DNA of 63,961 bases from Treponema sp. (lineage in GTDB: Bacteria > Spirochaetota > Spirochaetia > Treponematales > Treponemataceae). Of this stretch, positions 48,959 through 58,917 are shown one piece after another. The notes under the pieces were generated by a model. It did no database searches. It was not told the DNA's origin and was given only the letters and a program-made list of their open reading frames with translations. The position numbers and the translations under genes are program-made. The stretch's first letter is position 1. Every line of letters begins with the position of its first letter. Location of the stretch: NCBI GenBank assembly GCA_024693915.1, contig JAILKG010000057.1:1-63961 (forward strand), read 5' to 3'.

Positions 48959-50785
48959 TTACTCAGTTGTAACGCTCTTTGCAAGATTTCTAGGCTGGTC
49001 TACATCACGGCCAAGTTCTTCTGCACAATACAATGCAAAAAGCTGGCAAACTGCAACCATCGGAAGAGCGTAGAAAGCAGAATTTTCAACCTTTGGAACA
49101 GGAATGAAATCTTCGCATAGTTCTTCAAGTTCCTTATCCCCTTCCACGCCGATTGCAATTACAGGTCCCTTTCTTGCCTTAATTTCCTTAATATTGGAAA
49201 TAACCTTTTCCCTCAGGAAATCGTCAGTTACAAGGAAAACGCTAGGTGTATTTTCGTTCACCAGAGCCAGAGGACCGTGCTTAATTTCACCGGACGCAAA
49301 AGCTTCAGCATGAATGTAAGTAATTTCCTTAAGTTTTAGAGCACCTTCCATGGCAATTGGATACATAAGTCCTCGTCCCAGGAAGAGGAAATTTTCGCTG
49401 TGACAGTATTTTTTTGCGATTGCCTTAATTTTATCCTTCTGTTCCAGAGCTTTTTTTACAAGTCTTGGCTGAGCCTGAATATTTGATATAAATTTCATTC
49501 CTTCTTCAAGGCTCATATTGCGCTGGCGGGCAAATTTCAGTGCAAGAAGATAATAGATTATCAGAGTATTGGAAAAAGCCTTTGTTGAAGCAACGGCAAT
49601 CTCCGGACCGGCATGGATAAAGGCACCGCCATCTGTAAGTCGGGCAATTGTAGAACTTACAACATTACAGATTCCAAAAACCTTTCCGTTCTTTTCATGA
49701 ATTTCTTTCATGGCTTCCAGAGTATCTGCGGTTTCACCACTCTGGCTTACGGCAAGGAAAACATCGTCAGCATTTACAATAGGATTCTTGTAGCGGAATT
49801 CGCTTGAAAATTCTGAAAAACATGGAATGCGGGCATATTTTTCAATCAGAAGTCCGCCGAACACACTTGCGTAATAAGAAGTTCCTGCGCTAATAGCTGT
49901 AATTTTCTGAGTTTTTGCAAAAATCGGATCTTCAAAACCGCTGAGTTTTGCAGTTGCGGCATTATAATCAATTCGTCCGGCAAAAGCCCTTTCGATACTT
50001 TCCGGCTGTTCATTGATTTCCTTTTCCATATAGGTTTTATAACCGCATTTTTCAGTCTCTTCTGCAGTAATTGTAACTTTTTTTACACGATCCTGCCATT
50101 CGTCATCTTCTGCAAATTTCAGCCCAATTGGAGTTACCTCAACAATATCTCCGTCTTCAAGATAAATTACACGATTTGCATTTCCTGCAATTGCAAGAAC
50201 GTCGCTGGCAATATAGTAAGTTCCTTCAGAAATTCCAATTACAAGAGGGCCGCCCCGTTTTGCAACAACGATTTTATTTGGCTCATCAGTGCTGGTAATT
50301 GCCAGAGCATAAGTTCCCACAACCTTTTTAAGGGCTTCCTGAACGGCTTCAAGCAAATTTCCCTTGTAGCACTTTTCAACCAGATTTGGAATTGTTTCAG
50401 AATCAGTTTCGCTGGAGAATTTTACTCCGTCCTTTTCCAGGCTGTTTCTGAGAGTCTGAAAGTTTTCGATAATTCCGTTGTGAACTACAGCGATTTTTCC
50501 GTTGTTAGAAATAAAAGGATGAGCATTCTGGTCAGTTACCATTCCGTGAGTTGCCCAGCGGGTATGTCCAATTCCCCACACGCCGCTCAAATCCTTTGGA
50601 AGAACACCTACAAGCTGAGAAAGTTTTCCAGCCTTTTTATAAAGAAGAAAAGTAGGTTTTCCGTCAATAATTTTTCCTACAACTATTCCAGAAGAATCGT
50701 ATCCTCGATATTCAAGCTTTTTAAGTCCATTTATAAGATAATTTACTGCATTCTCAGAGCCAACATAGCCAACAATTCCACACAT
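48959..50785 (-). CDS. glmS: Glutamine-fructose-6-phosphate aminotransferase
   Basis: MCGIVG, GHTRWATHG, HNGIIEN, SQSGET, PRNLAKSVT. Confidence 0.97.
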   Translation of the reverse strand: MCGIVGYVGSENAVNYLINGLKKLEYRGYDSSGIVVGKIIDGKPTFLLYKKAGKLSQLVGVLPKDLSGVWGIGHTRWATHGMVTDQNAHPFISNNGKIAVVHNGIIENFQTLRNSLEKDGVKFSSETDSETIPNLVEKCYKGNLLEAVQEALKKVVGTYALAITSTDEPNKIVVAKRGGPLVIGISEGTYYIASDVLAIAGNANRVIYLEDGDIVEVTPIGLKFAEDDEWQDRVKKVTITAEETEKCGYKTYMEKEINEQPESIERAFAGRIDYNAATAKLSGFEDPIFAKTQKITAISAGTSYYASVFGGLLIEKYARIPCFSEFSSEFRYKNPIVNADDVFLAVSQSGETADTLEAMKEIHEKNGKVFGICNVVSSTIARLTDGGAFIHAGPEIAVASTKAFSNTLIIYYLLALKFARQRNMSLEEGMKFISNIQAQPRLVKKALEQKDKIKAIAKKYCHSENFLFLGRGLMYPIAMEGALKLKEITYIHAEAFASGEIKHGPLALVNENTPSVFLVTDDFLREKVISNIKEIKARKGPVIAIGVEGDKELEELCEDFIPVPKVENSAFYALPMVAVCQLFALYCAEELGRDVDQPRNLAKSVTTE

Positions 50786-50893
50786 AATGAAAACCGGAAA
50801 AATCCGCCTCCAGAAAAAATATCAAACCATTATACAATAAAGCGCATTTAAAAAAAAGGGTGATTTTAGGCCTTTGGGATTTTCGGCTTTCTT

Positions 50894-52747
50894 CTAAATC
50901 AGGCCGATTAATGAAAGGGGTGTAAGAGAAAAATTATTTTCCGCTTTTTTTGCGGCATTTGCGTGGACAGAAGAAGCCGTGCAGGCTGCAGTCAGACTAT
51001 CATAACCTTGTGCCAGAAGGGCCCCGCAAAGTCCCGCAAGAACATCTCCGGAACCAGCTTTTGCAAGTGCCGGACTTCCGTCGCTCACAATAAAAGTTTT
51101 TTCACCCTGGGAAATATAGTTCACAGCGCTTTTTGAAAGCAAAAGAATATCAGGAAAAAAGCTGCTGAATTTTTTAACCCAGTAAAAACGATTCTGTAAA
51201 AATTCTTCAAACGAAGGAAGGTTTTCCTCCTCCTTTTTAAGCGCCGGCTTACCCCAATCCGCCTTTACCAGGGCTTTTAAAAGCTGATAAAGCTCTTTGG
51301 GATGAGGAGTTAAAATTACCCTCAAAAAACTTTTTTTACAATAATCTTCAAGTTCACATAAAAACGAAGAAATTTTTTCGTAATAGAAAAAATCTGCATC
51401 CAGAACAAGAGAAGGCCCTTTTTCCCACCTTGCTTCTTTTGCTCCTTTTTCTCCGCTGCCACCCATATTCCGGCTTTTTTCCCGGGAAAAATTCTCTATA
51501 AAAGGACGGATAATTTTTTCAACTGCCTTATCAAGGGCAGCCTGATTGCGGCCAAAACCGCTTCCCAAAAGAAGACAGTTTGCGCTTTCTGGCAGGGAAT
51601 CACAAAGCATGATTTCCGGAGAAATCTTAAAATTTTCCGGCCGGGAACAAAGGCTGAATGAAGACGGGCTAGACGAAAAAGAACTGGTTGAAAAAGAGCT
51701 GGACGAACGATGGCCGGGAGCCTCAAGTGAAGAAGCAGATAAGTTTCCGGACCCAGCCCCGGAAGATAAATCTGCTGCCTCTTTATTATCCGAAAAGTCA
51801 TGCCAAAAATCAAAAGACACGCAAGAAGAAAGCCCTGCGCCAAACCTCAAGGAAGCTTCCGCAGAAAGAATTCCCGCACCACATTTCTGACCCAGAATCA
51901 CAGCAGTGTGCCCGTAATTTCCCTTGTGGCTGGAAGCCTTCTCTCTTACCGGCAGCAGCTGGTCGCTTTTTTCAAAAAGCCAGGCATCAGCAGGACCACA
52001 GCTTTCAAAAACGTCTGAAGAAAGCCCCAGAGGAGCTGTCTCAATTTTTCCCGTAAAATCCAGGGCAGAATCCGTAAAAAGAGAAGTTTTTAAAACTCCC
52101 ATGGTAAGGGTGTAATCTGCCTTAAAGGCAATTTTTTCCCCTTTACCGCCCTGGCTTTTTATTTCTGAAGATATTTTTCCATCCCTGTCTATTCCGCTTG
52201 GAATGTCACAGGCAATACGAGTCACATCAGAAAGATTATTTATATGGTAGAAAAAAGAAATTATTTCATCCGGAAGAGAACCTTTAAAGCCTGTTCCATA
52301 AAGGCAGTCCAGAATGATCTGAGGGGGATTTTCTAAAAAAGAAGAAAAACTTTCTGAAAAAGTGTCAGAAGGAGAGTAAAAATCGTAAAAAGGAATTATT
52401 TCAAGGCCAAGAGACTCAGCCATCAAAAGCTGTCTTTTTCCTTCTTCCGTGCTCATTTCCCGGCTATTGGAAAACAAGAGAACTTTGCAGTTTAGTTTTC
52501 CATTAATACAACCAGTTTTTCCGTAAATACGACGGGCAAGCGCCAGCCCGTCAGCGCCGTTATTCCCCTTGCCACACAATATCAGCAGGAAGGGATTTCT
52601 AACTGATGAATATTTATTTTCCAGCACTTGAAAAACTTTTTTTTCCAAGGCAGCTGCTGCATTTTCCATCATTATAAAATCAGGAAAATTAAAACGTTTT
52701 TTTGCTTCTGCCTCTAAAGCGCTGGAATTATAATATACGGCTTTCAT
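50894..52747 (-). CDS. nnr: Bifunctional NAD(P)HX epimerase/dehydratase
   Basis: MMENAA, GKGNNGADG, DIPSG, HKGNYG, LTPHPKE, AGSGDVLAG. Confidence 0.9.
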   Translation of the reverse strand: MKAVYYNSSALEAEAKKRFNFPDFIMMENAAAALEKKVFQVLENKYSSVRNPFLLILCGKGNNGADGLALARRIYGKTGCINGKLNCKVLLFSNSREMSTEEGKRQLLMAESLGLEIIPFYDFYSPSDTFSESFSSFLENPPQIILDCLYGTGFKGSLPDEIISFFYHINNLSDVTRIACDIPSGIDRDGKISSEIKSQGGKGEKIAFKADYTLTMGVLKTSLFTDSALDFTGKIETAPLGLSSDVFESCGPADAWLFEKSDQLLPVREKASSHKGNYGHTAVILGQKCGAGILSAEASLRFGAGLSSCVSFDFWHDFSDNKEAADLSSGAGSGNLSASSLEAPGHRSSSSFSTSSFSSSPSSFSLCSRPENFKISPEIMLCDSLPESANCLLLGSGFGRNQAALDKAVEKIIRPFIENFSREKSRNMGGSGEKGAKEARWEKGPSLVLDADFFYYEKISSFLCELEDYCKKSFLRVILTPHPKELYQLLKALVKADWGKPALKKEEENLPSFEEFLQNRFYWVKKFSSFFPDILLLSKSAVNYISQGEKTFIVSDGSPALAKAGSGDVLAGLCGALLAQGYDSLTAACTASSVHANAAKKAENNFSLTPLSLIGLI

Positions 52748-52750
52748 CAG

Positions 52751-53257
52751 TTACCTGATAAAAAGTGCACCAAGCTTAAAATTTGTTCCGTCAGCATCGT
52801 TAGGAAGATTCAGACTCTGAATTTTAATAGCCTTTCCACCTTCCTGCAGATTGTAGGTCAAAATCCATGTGCCTGTACTTTCTCCAGCCCGGCCACCAAC
52901 ACTGGTAATTTTAAAAGTTATTGTATGAGAAGTTGCAGTAAAAGTTCCCGACCACTTTGCATTTTTTCCACCGCTTTTCTGGGTAACTGTCATAGAACCG
53001 TTCTGTTTGCATTCAACAGTTGTTCTGGATTTTCCATTTTTACAAATCCATTTTCCGTAGCATTCAGGAGTTGTAGCCTCTTCGTAAATCTTTTTTCCGG
53101 CATCAGAAAAGAATTTTCCGGTTTCAGACAGAGCTTTTTTACCCTGTTCCCCAATTTCCTGCCACTCAGCATCAGAATTGCTTTTTTTTGCATAAACCGA
53201 AGCGGACGCCATAGCCGCAATCAAAACTGAAATTGCAATAAATTTTTTCATAAACAC
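52751..53257 (-). CDS. Hypothetical exported protein
   Basis: Signal peptide, helical segment, small beta domain; SD GGAG. Confidence 0.7.
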   Translation of the reverse strand: MFMKKFIAISVLIAAMASASVYAKKSNSDAEWQEIGEQGKKALSETGKFFSDAGKKIYEEATTPECYGKWICKNGKSRTTVECKQNGSMTVTQKSGGKNAKWSGTFTATSHTITFKITSVGGRAGESTGTWILTYNLQEGGKAIKIQSLNLPNDADGTNFKLGALFIR

Positions 53258-53367
53258 TTATACTCCTGATTAAAAGCAGGCGAACTGCTTTCTTTATTCT
53301 ATCTTTTAAATATATCACAAGGGATACAAAAATCAAGCAGACTCTTTAATTTATCTTTTTTTTTATT

Positions 53368-53484
53368 GGGGCGCCAGGGCATCTTACCACGCCTGTTCCA
53401 GGGCTTGCTAACGCGCGGCGTCCTCAGGCACCCTGTGCCTTGCGGTCGCTGGGCTTAAAAGCCCACCCTTCCATAGGCGGGCGC
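53368..53484 (+). repeat. Family A copy A4
   Basis: CCAC-GCCT-GTTCC-AGGG ... CCCT-TCCAT-AGGCG. Confidence 0.75.
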
Positions 53485-53494
53485 AGATCATTCC

Positions 53495-54427
53495 TTAAAA
53501 GAAAATCAGTCCGCAAATTCCCAGAGGAATCAGGTAGCAGGCAAACCATTCAAGCTTACCTTTTTTGATAATTTTCATCAAAAGAGTAAGGGCAGCATAG
53601 CCAAAAACAAAGGCGCTCAAACAGCCGGCAAGCAAAGGAAGAATTCCAATCTGGGATACTCCCTCCTGACCACGAATTTCAAGATAATCTTTTAAAGTCA
53701 AAACAAAGGCTCCAAGAATTGCCGGAATTGAGACAATAAAAGAATATTCACCAGCCACATCCCGGCGCACCTTTGCAAACTGAGCTCCCGCAATGGTGGA
53801 ACCGCTTCTGCTTATTCCAGGCAGAGTTCCAAGGCCCTGCATAAGGCCGATTACAAGAGCCTGTAACCAGGTAAAACCAGTATTTTTAGATGAAGTCTTT
53901 GTTTCAGAAGACTCCGCAGAATCAGATGAAGATTCAGTTGATGCTTCAGCAGGCTGGACACTTTCTTTCTTTTCCCGTCTTTTTTCGATTAATGAAGAAA
54001 AGACTAAAAAACATGCAGTAATGATAAAACCGGCGGCAGTCACCTTCAAAGGAAGTTCCGGAATCAGTTTACTGGTTAAAACACCAATTAGACCAGTTAC
54101 AAAAGTTGTGATAATTACTGCAATTATGGTCTTTCTGCCGGTCTCTTCGCTGCCACTTAGCAAATCTTCCGGATTATCAAAATTTTCCGGACTTGGGCGG
54201 CGGAAAATCCAGCGGAAAAGCACACAGAAAAGGCGGGCGATTTTTTTTCTAAAATAGATACAAACTGCAAATAAAGTTGCAATATGAAGCATAACATCGT
54301 AAAGAAGGGGCATATCTTCCAGACCAAAAAAATGCTGACAAAGAGCAAGGTGTCCACTTGAAGAAATGGGAAGAAATTCGGCGATTCCCTGAAGAATTCC
54401 TAAAATCAGGCTTTGTAAAACAGTCAT
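53495..54427 (-). CDS. uppP: Undecaprenyl-diphosphate phosphatase
   Basis: QGIAEFLPISSSGH and PGISRSGSTI motifs. Confidence 0.95.
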   Translation of the reverse strand: MTVLQSLILGILQGIAEFLPISSSGHLALCQHFFGLEDMPLLYDVMLHIATLFAVCIYFRKKIARLFCVLFRWIFRRPSPENFDNPEDLLSGSEETGRKTIIAVIITTFVTGLIGVLTSKLIPELPLKVTAAGFIITACFLVFSSLIEKRREKKESVQPAEASTESSSDSAESSETKTSSKNTGFTWLQALVIGLMQGLGTLPGISRSGSTIAGAQFAKVRRDVAGEYSFIVSIPAILGAFVLTLKDYLEIRGQEGVSQIGILPLLAGCLSAFVFGYAALTLLMKIIKKGKLEWFACYLIPLGICGLIFF

Positions 54428-54520
54428 AAAAACCTCAAAAAAAATTGTTTATAGGGCATTTTATGTTATTTTAGAAAGCATGTCAAAGAAGCTATAATGT
54501 GTTTGCCTTCTAAAATTCTT

Positions 54521-56335
54521 TTAGACTTTAAAGCCCTTTATCATCTGAATTACGCTGTCGCTGGATTCTTTGTTTCTCTGACTGGCATCTACTGCAACCT
54601 CTGTAGATTCTTTTACACCTCTGGCGGCATTACAAATCATATCTGCCTGGCTCTGAGTTTCCTGGGACATATTCTGAAGCTTATCGATATTGGTAAAAAG
54701 ATTTTTGCTCTGCTCTTTCATTGTATCTGAAGCATCGTTAATTTCTGTGGTGGTTCCATCCAGGGTCTGCATTGTCTGAATGATATTGTTTACGGCAGAA
54801 TTCTGTTCCCGCATTCCATTTTTTACCCTTCCCATCAGGCCGTTAATTTCAAGGATATGGGAACCTACAATCTCAAAAGACTGACTGGAATTTGTTGAAG
54901 AATCACAGACTTTATTAATCGAAGAAGCAATTCCGTCCAGCAGGGTTTTAATTTCCTGAGTCTGCCTTGAGGAAGTTTCCGCAAGTTTTCTGATTTCATC
55001 AGCAACAACAGAAAAACCCCGGCCGGCATCTCCGGCATGAGCCGCTTCAATTGCCGCATTCATAGCAAGGAGGTTTGTTTGAGCCGCAATTTTTGCAATA
55101 ACCTGGTTTGCCACATTCAGATTTTTAGACTGCTCCGTAATCTCTGTAACCTGTTCCGAAACCCTTGCCTGATTTACTTTGCCGGCCTCAGATTCCTTTA
55201 CAAGATTTTCAAAATCCGCAGAAATTTTTTCTACAATATCAGTTACAGAAGAAATATTTGAAGAAATCTGCTCAATTGCCCCGGAAGCTTCATTGATTGC
55301 ATTTACCTGACTTGAAATTCTTGAATCCAGAGTTTTTATTCCGCTTTCAACTGCTCTGGCAGACACAGAAAGGTCGTTTGCATAGGAATTCTGTTCGTCA
55401 ATTCCTCTGTCAATTTCTCCGATTTTAGTAACAATATTGTTAATATCATCTCGCTGTCCGTTCATCTTGCTGTAGAGCTGGTCGCTGGTCTTTTCAAGAA
55501 TTTTACTTTCTTCCTGCAGGCTGCGCACAAGACGGTCTAGACTTTCTATAACTCCGTTACAGTTTTTTACAAGACCGTTTAATTCTGTGCCGGAAACCTC
55601 AGAAATTCTGGTTGTAAGGTCGGCCTCTCCATCTGCAATTGCCGCCATGGCTGAAGAAATACGGTTCATGGAACCAAAAATACTTCTTGTAAAAAAGAAA
55701 ACCAGCAGGCAGCCTGCAAAAACAAAAATGACAGATATAATGGAAATCTTTATGATTTTTTTATTTACAAAGGTCATCAGTTCATCAATGGTGATATCAC
55801 AACCAACCATTCCTACAACTTTTCCCTGAGAATTCTTAATTCCAGCGTAGGTGGAAATCATTTTTCCCCAGTCCTCGTTATCTTCAATGTCAGAAAAAGT
55901 TGTTTCTCCGGTTGCAAAAGTAATCAGAGGAGGCTGGCCCCAGGAAGTCAAATCTTCCTCAGTTCCCAAAGGAGAAAAGTTTTCCTCATCGCTGGGATCA
56001 CAGCTTCCGTCAATTATGTACTGAAAAGTGCCGTCTGGTAATTTTGCCATTGTGTAAAGAAACTGACAGCCCACAGATTCTTTTAAGTCCAGCATCCATA
56101 AACGAACTTCATCGTAATAGGGATCTTCTTCGTCCATATTTTTTACGAATCTTTCATATTCATCACCGTTTATATGCTTTACAACTTTTTCAACAATGGG
56201 AACGCTTTGAGTTACCGCAAAATATTTTGCAGTATCTTTTACAATTGAAATTGAAAGCACAGTGACAATTCCAAGAGAAATAGTAATAAAAAAAGCGAAA
56301 AACAGAACAAAACGAAATTTTGTCGACTTGAACAT
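54521..56335 (-). CDS. Methyl-accepting chemotaxis protein (Cache-like sensor, HAMP)
   Basis: Two TM helices; [35 protein letters not shown]. Confidence 0.95.
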   Translation of the reverse strand: MFKSTKFRFVLFFAFFITISLGIVTVLSISIVKDTAKYFAVTQSVPIVEKVVKHINGDEYERFVKNMDEEDPYYDEVRLWMLDLKESVGCQFLYTMAKLPDGTFQYIIDGSCDPSDEENFSPLGTEEDLTSWGQPPLITFATGETTFSDIEDNEDWGKMISTYAGIKNSQGKVVGMVGCDITIDELMTFVNKKIIKISIISVIFVFAGCLLVFFFTRSIFGSMNRISSAMAAIADGEADLTTRISEVSGTELNGLVKNCNGVIESLDRLVRSLQEESKILEKTSDQLYSKMNGQRDDINNIVTKIGEIDRGIDEQNSYANDLSVSARAVESGIKTLDSRISSQVNAINEASGAIEQISSNISSVTDIVEKISADFENLVKESEAGKVNQARVSEQVTEITEQSKNLNVANQVIAKIAAQTNLLAMNAAIEAAHAGDAGRGFSVVADEIRKLAETSSRQTQEIKTLLDGIASSINKVCDSSTNSSQSFEIVGSHILEINGLMGRVKNGMREQNSAVNNIIQTMQTLDGTTTEINDASDTMKEQSKNLFTNIDKLQNMSQETQSQADMICNAARGVKESTEVAVDASQRNKESSDSVIQMIKGFKV

Positions 56336-56371
56336 AAAAGCTCCTGCTGTCCGAAATTAAAATAATATAGA

Positions 56372-56533
56372 AGGCTGAAATTCGAGTTATTAAAAATAAA
56401 TAAAAATTGGCGTAGGCGGGGTTGCGACACAAAAAACACTCAGCCACCGCGAAGCGGTACTGCCGTTTTTTGCTGGCGCGTTCACGCCGAGAGCCAATTT
56501 TGAATTGAAATTATAAAACTCGAGATTGAGCCT
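56372..56533 (+). repeat. Family C full copy C4 (162-nt rod-like hairpin)
   Basis: AGGCT..TCGAGTT / AACTCGA..AGCCT termini; AAAATTGGC/GCCAATTTT stem; apex ACCGC-GAA-GCGGT. Confidence 0.9.
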
Positions 56534-56614
56534 GGTAAAATATTTCAATTTCTTATGTTCTAGAAGTATAAATCCTCATGCTTAAAAACAAAAGAAAAAT
56601 TTTTTTGAAAAAAG

Positions 56615-58126
56615 TTATCCCTTTATGTACTGTACAATTCCTTCGTCTTTTGTCAGGCAGTAAACAGTCTCTGCCATATCCTGATCTGTACTCCAGTAAT
56701 CTGGGTAAAGGCCTCTTCCCTCTCCATGCCAGGAATCAACTTTATTTATCATTTCAGCAAGGCTGGCACTTGCTAAATGAAAGGTTAAAAAAGAATTAGG
56801 AAGATTAAAATCTCTTAAAGCTCCATAAGTAATACATCCTCTGGAGTTTTCTCCTACAACAATAACCCTGTCTCTGCCAAAAAGAGAAGAAAGAGTACGC
56901 ACAAACTCTTCTGATGCACTGCTTGAATTTCTGTCTTGTAGAACAATGAATGTACCTGTAAATACAGGTGGAGTATTAAGTGGTTTTGTATTTGCATTCT
57001 TCATTTTTATATAAGTTTCATCTTCAACGGGAAACTCTTTTGACAAAATTATCTGTGGTTCTTCCTGCATTAAAGTATAGATTTTTCTGTACATTTTTGC
57101 AGTTTTTTTGTCTATTTCATTCCTGTGTAAAATGGAACCATTATCCCACTGAATTGTAGCCGGAGACAAAATATTAACTGTGTTTTCGTAATTTTTCTCT
57201 ACGAGATACATCAGTGTATAAGTCATCAATTGAAGGGTTTTTGGATTTTCTGTTCTTGATTCGTCAAAATAAAAACTTGCTGCAAAATTATAGCCATATC
57301 TTGGATAACCGCCCTGATTTGTCCGTAAATCTACTATTACAAAACTTTTTCCCATGTACCTGTTTCCGGTTTTCATAAACTTATCAAAGGAAATTTCTGC
57401 GGCCTTACCGGAACCAATAAAAGCTTCCAGTCTGATATAAGCTGAAAAAGCACTTTCGTTTTCAAAGTAATAAGGAATACCCCGGGGCGTATCCACAGGA
57501 AATAAAGTTGCCTTGTGGCCAAAAACTTCTTCCACAGGCTCTGAAGAAAGTTTTCCCAGTCTGTAACAAGACTTCCCGTTATGAAAATAAGGAAAGAGAT
57601 TTTCTTCCGGATACTTTTCTTTTTCTGATTCCTGAACAAATACATCCGTATAATAGATATTTGAATGCTCTGCAAAGTGCAGATGCTGATTTGGAAACTG
57701 CCCCAGATAAATTGCTAAATGAGAATCTTCTATATAATTCCTTAATTCTTCATAGATTGCCTTTCCAAATTCCCGGGTTTGAACCAGGGACTGACCTGCA
57801 AATCTCTTTAAGATTTTCTGGCTAAAAGTAAAATAGTCAAATTTCTTTTCCTGCATTTCTGCGTAACCGGCATAGGCTGTGCGCAAAAGATATTCCAGAT
57901 GATCCAGATCTTTCTGCACCTGCTCATAAGTAATCTCTCCCTTGTAATATCCCACATTACCGTATTCCGGGTAGACATCCTTGTATTCCACCGGCTGAAA
58001 AGAAAGTGATGAATTATTGAATATCTTCTGAAATTCTTTTTGATTTCTGGATAATTTAACCTTATCAGCTGCGTTTGCAGAAATAAGAAAAAGGCCGGCC
58101 AGCAGTGCAATAAAAAACTTTTTCAT
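56615..58126 (-). CDS. S41-family peptidase, exported
   Basis: Signal peptide; IVDLRTNQGG, SSASEEF, VVGENSRG. Confidence 0.8.
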   Translation of the reverse strand: MKKFFIALLAGLFLISANAADKVKLSRNQKEFQKIFNNSSLSFQPVEYKDVYPEYGNVGYYKGEITYEQVQKDLDHLEYLLRTAYAGYAEMQEKKFDYFTFSQKILKRFAGQSLVQTREFGKAIYEELRNYIEDSHLAIYLGQFPNQHLHFAEHSNIYYTDVFVQESEKEKYPEENLFPYFHNGKSCYRLGKLSSEPVEEVFGHKATLFPVDTPRGIPYYFENESAFSAYIRLEAFIGSGKAAEISFDKFMKTGNRYMGKSFVIVDLRTNQGGYPRYGYNFAASFYFDESRTENPKTLQLMTYTLMYLVEKNYENTVNILSPATIQWDNGSILHRNEIDKKTAKMYRKIYTLMQEEPQIILSKEFPVEDETYIKMKNANTKPLNTPPVFTGTFIVLQDRNSSSASEEFVRTLSSLFGRDRVIVVGENSRGCITYGALRDFNLPNSFLTFHLASASLAEMINKVDSWHGEGRGLYPDYWSTDQDMAETVYCLTKDEGIVQYIKG

Positions 58127-58163
58127 ATAAACCCTCTCAAACTTTTTTTAATAAAAATTTAAC

Positions 58164-58330
58164 TAGTCCGAATTTCGAGTTAGTAATATGCATACAAAAA
58201 TTGGCTCCCGGTGGGAACGCGCCAGCAAAAAAAAAGCTGACTCGCTTCGCTCGTGCAGAACTTTTTTTGTGTCGCAACCCCACCTCCGCCAATTTTTAAA
58301 TTACAATTATAAAAATCGAAATTTGGACTA
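58164..58330. repeat. Family C full copy C5 (core inverted relative to its arms)
   Basis: Arms colinear with C4 on the + strand; core matches C4 only as reverse complement. Confidence 0.88.
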
Positions 58331-58413
58331 ACAAATTTATTATAAAAACTGTCAATATAAAAATCTAGACTGCAAAAAGAAGTGCGGAAATATCCGCAGG
58401 AAATTTCGTTTAC

Positions 58414-58470
58414 TATGAAATTATTCCAAGCAACCTTCAAAAATCAATATTTTTTAGGAAAATATTCCTA
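58414..58470. promoter_or_regulatory. Pair of operator-like palindromes
   Basis: TATGAAATTATTCCAA (58414-58429) and TAGGAAAATATTCCTA (58455-58470), 13 of 16 identical. Confidence 0.5.
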
Positions 58471-58847
58471 TGAATTTTTGGAGCAGGGTGCAGTCTATAT
58501 TAGACTCTAAAGGTTTGTCCCGAAAAGAATTAGCTATAGAGGTGGGAATTGACCTGTCAAATATAGGAAAAGGTATAAAACAAGGAAACCTGCCCTCTGT
58601 AGAAACAGCTCTAAAAATTGCAACATTTCTGAATGTTCCCATAGAATATCTGACTCAAGACTACCAGAATGAGCCAAAAATACAATACGAAATCCATAAA
58701 AATCCCCAGTTCACCGACATTGCATCCACAATAGACAAGCTTTCTGATGACCAGAAAAAAAATCTAGTGCATCTAATCCGTTCCTTAAGCGAAAATTACA
58801 GCCCGAACCAGCTGCAAGAACTGCTGGAAAAAGCAAAAAAAGAATAA
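58470..58847 (+). CDS. XRE/Cro-CI family HTH regulator
   Basis: KGLSRKELA..VGI..SNI....G.LPSVETALKIA.FLNV.IEYL. Confidence 0.85.
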   Translation: MNFWSRVQSILDSKGLSRKELAIEVGIDLSNIGKGIKQGNLPSVETALKIATFLNVPIEYLTQDYQNEPKIQYEIHKNPQFTDIASTIDKLSDDQKKNLVHLIRSLSENYSPNQLQELLEKAKKE

Positions 58848-58879
58848 TTTTCCCCTGCCCGACAGGTAATTTCTTTCAA

Positions 58880-58908
58880 TTGTCATAAGTAAAGAATTTC
58901 ATTAAACT
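58880..58908 (+). promoter_or_regulatory. sigma70 promoter upstream of the cysS leader
   Basis: TTGTCA-N17-TAAACT. Confidence 0.6.
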
Positions 58909-58917
58909 AAACAGAAT

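Noticed and set aside
50786-50893. glmS ribozyme
   Set aside because: The gap is only 108 nt and AT-rich, without the conserved core.
58470-58847. Prophage
   Set aside because: A single XRE gene with no integrase, structural or replication genes.
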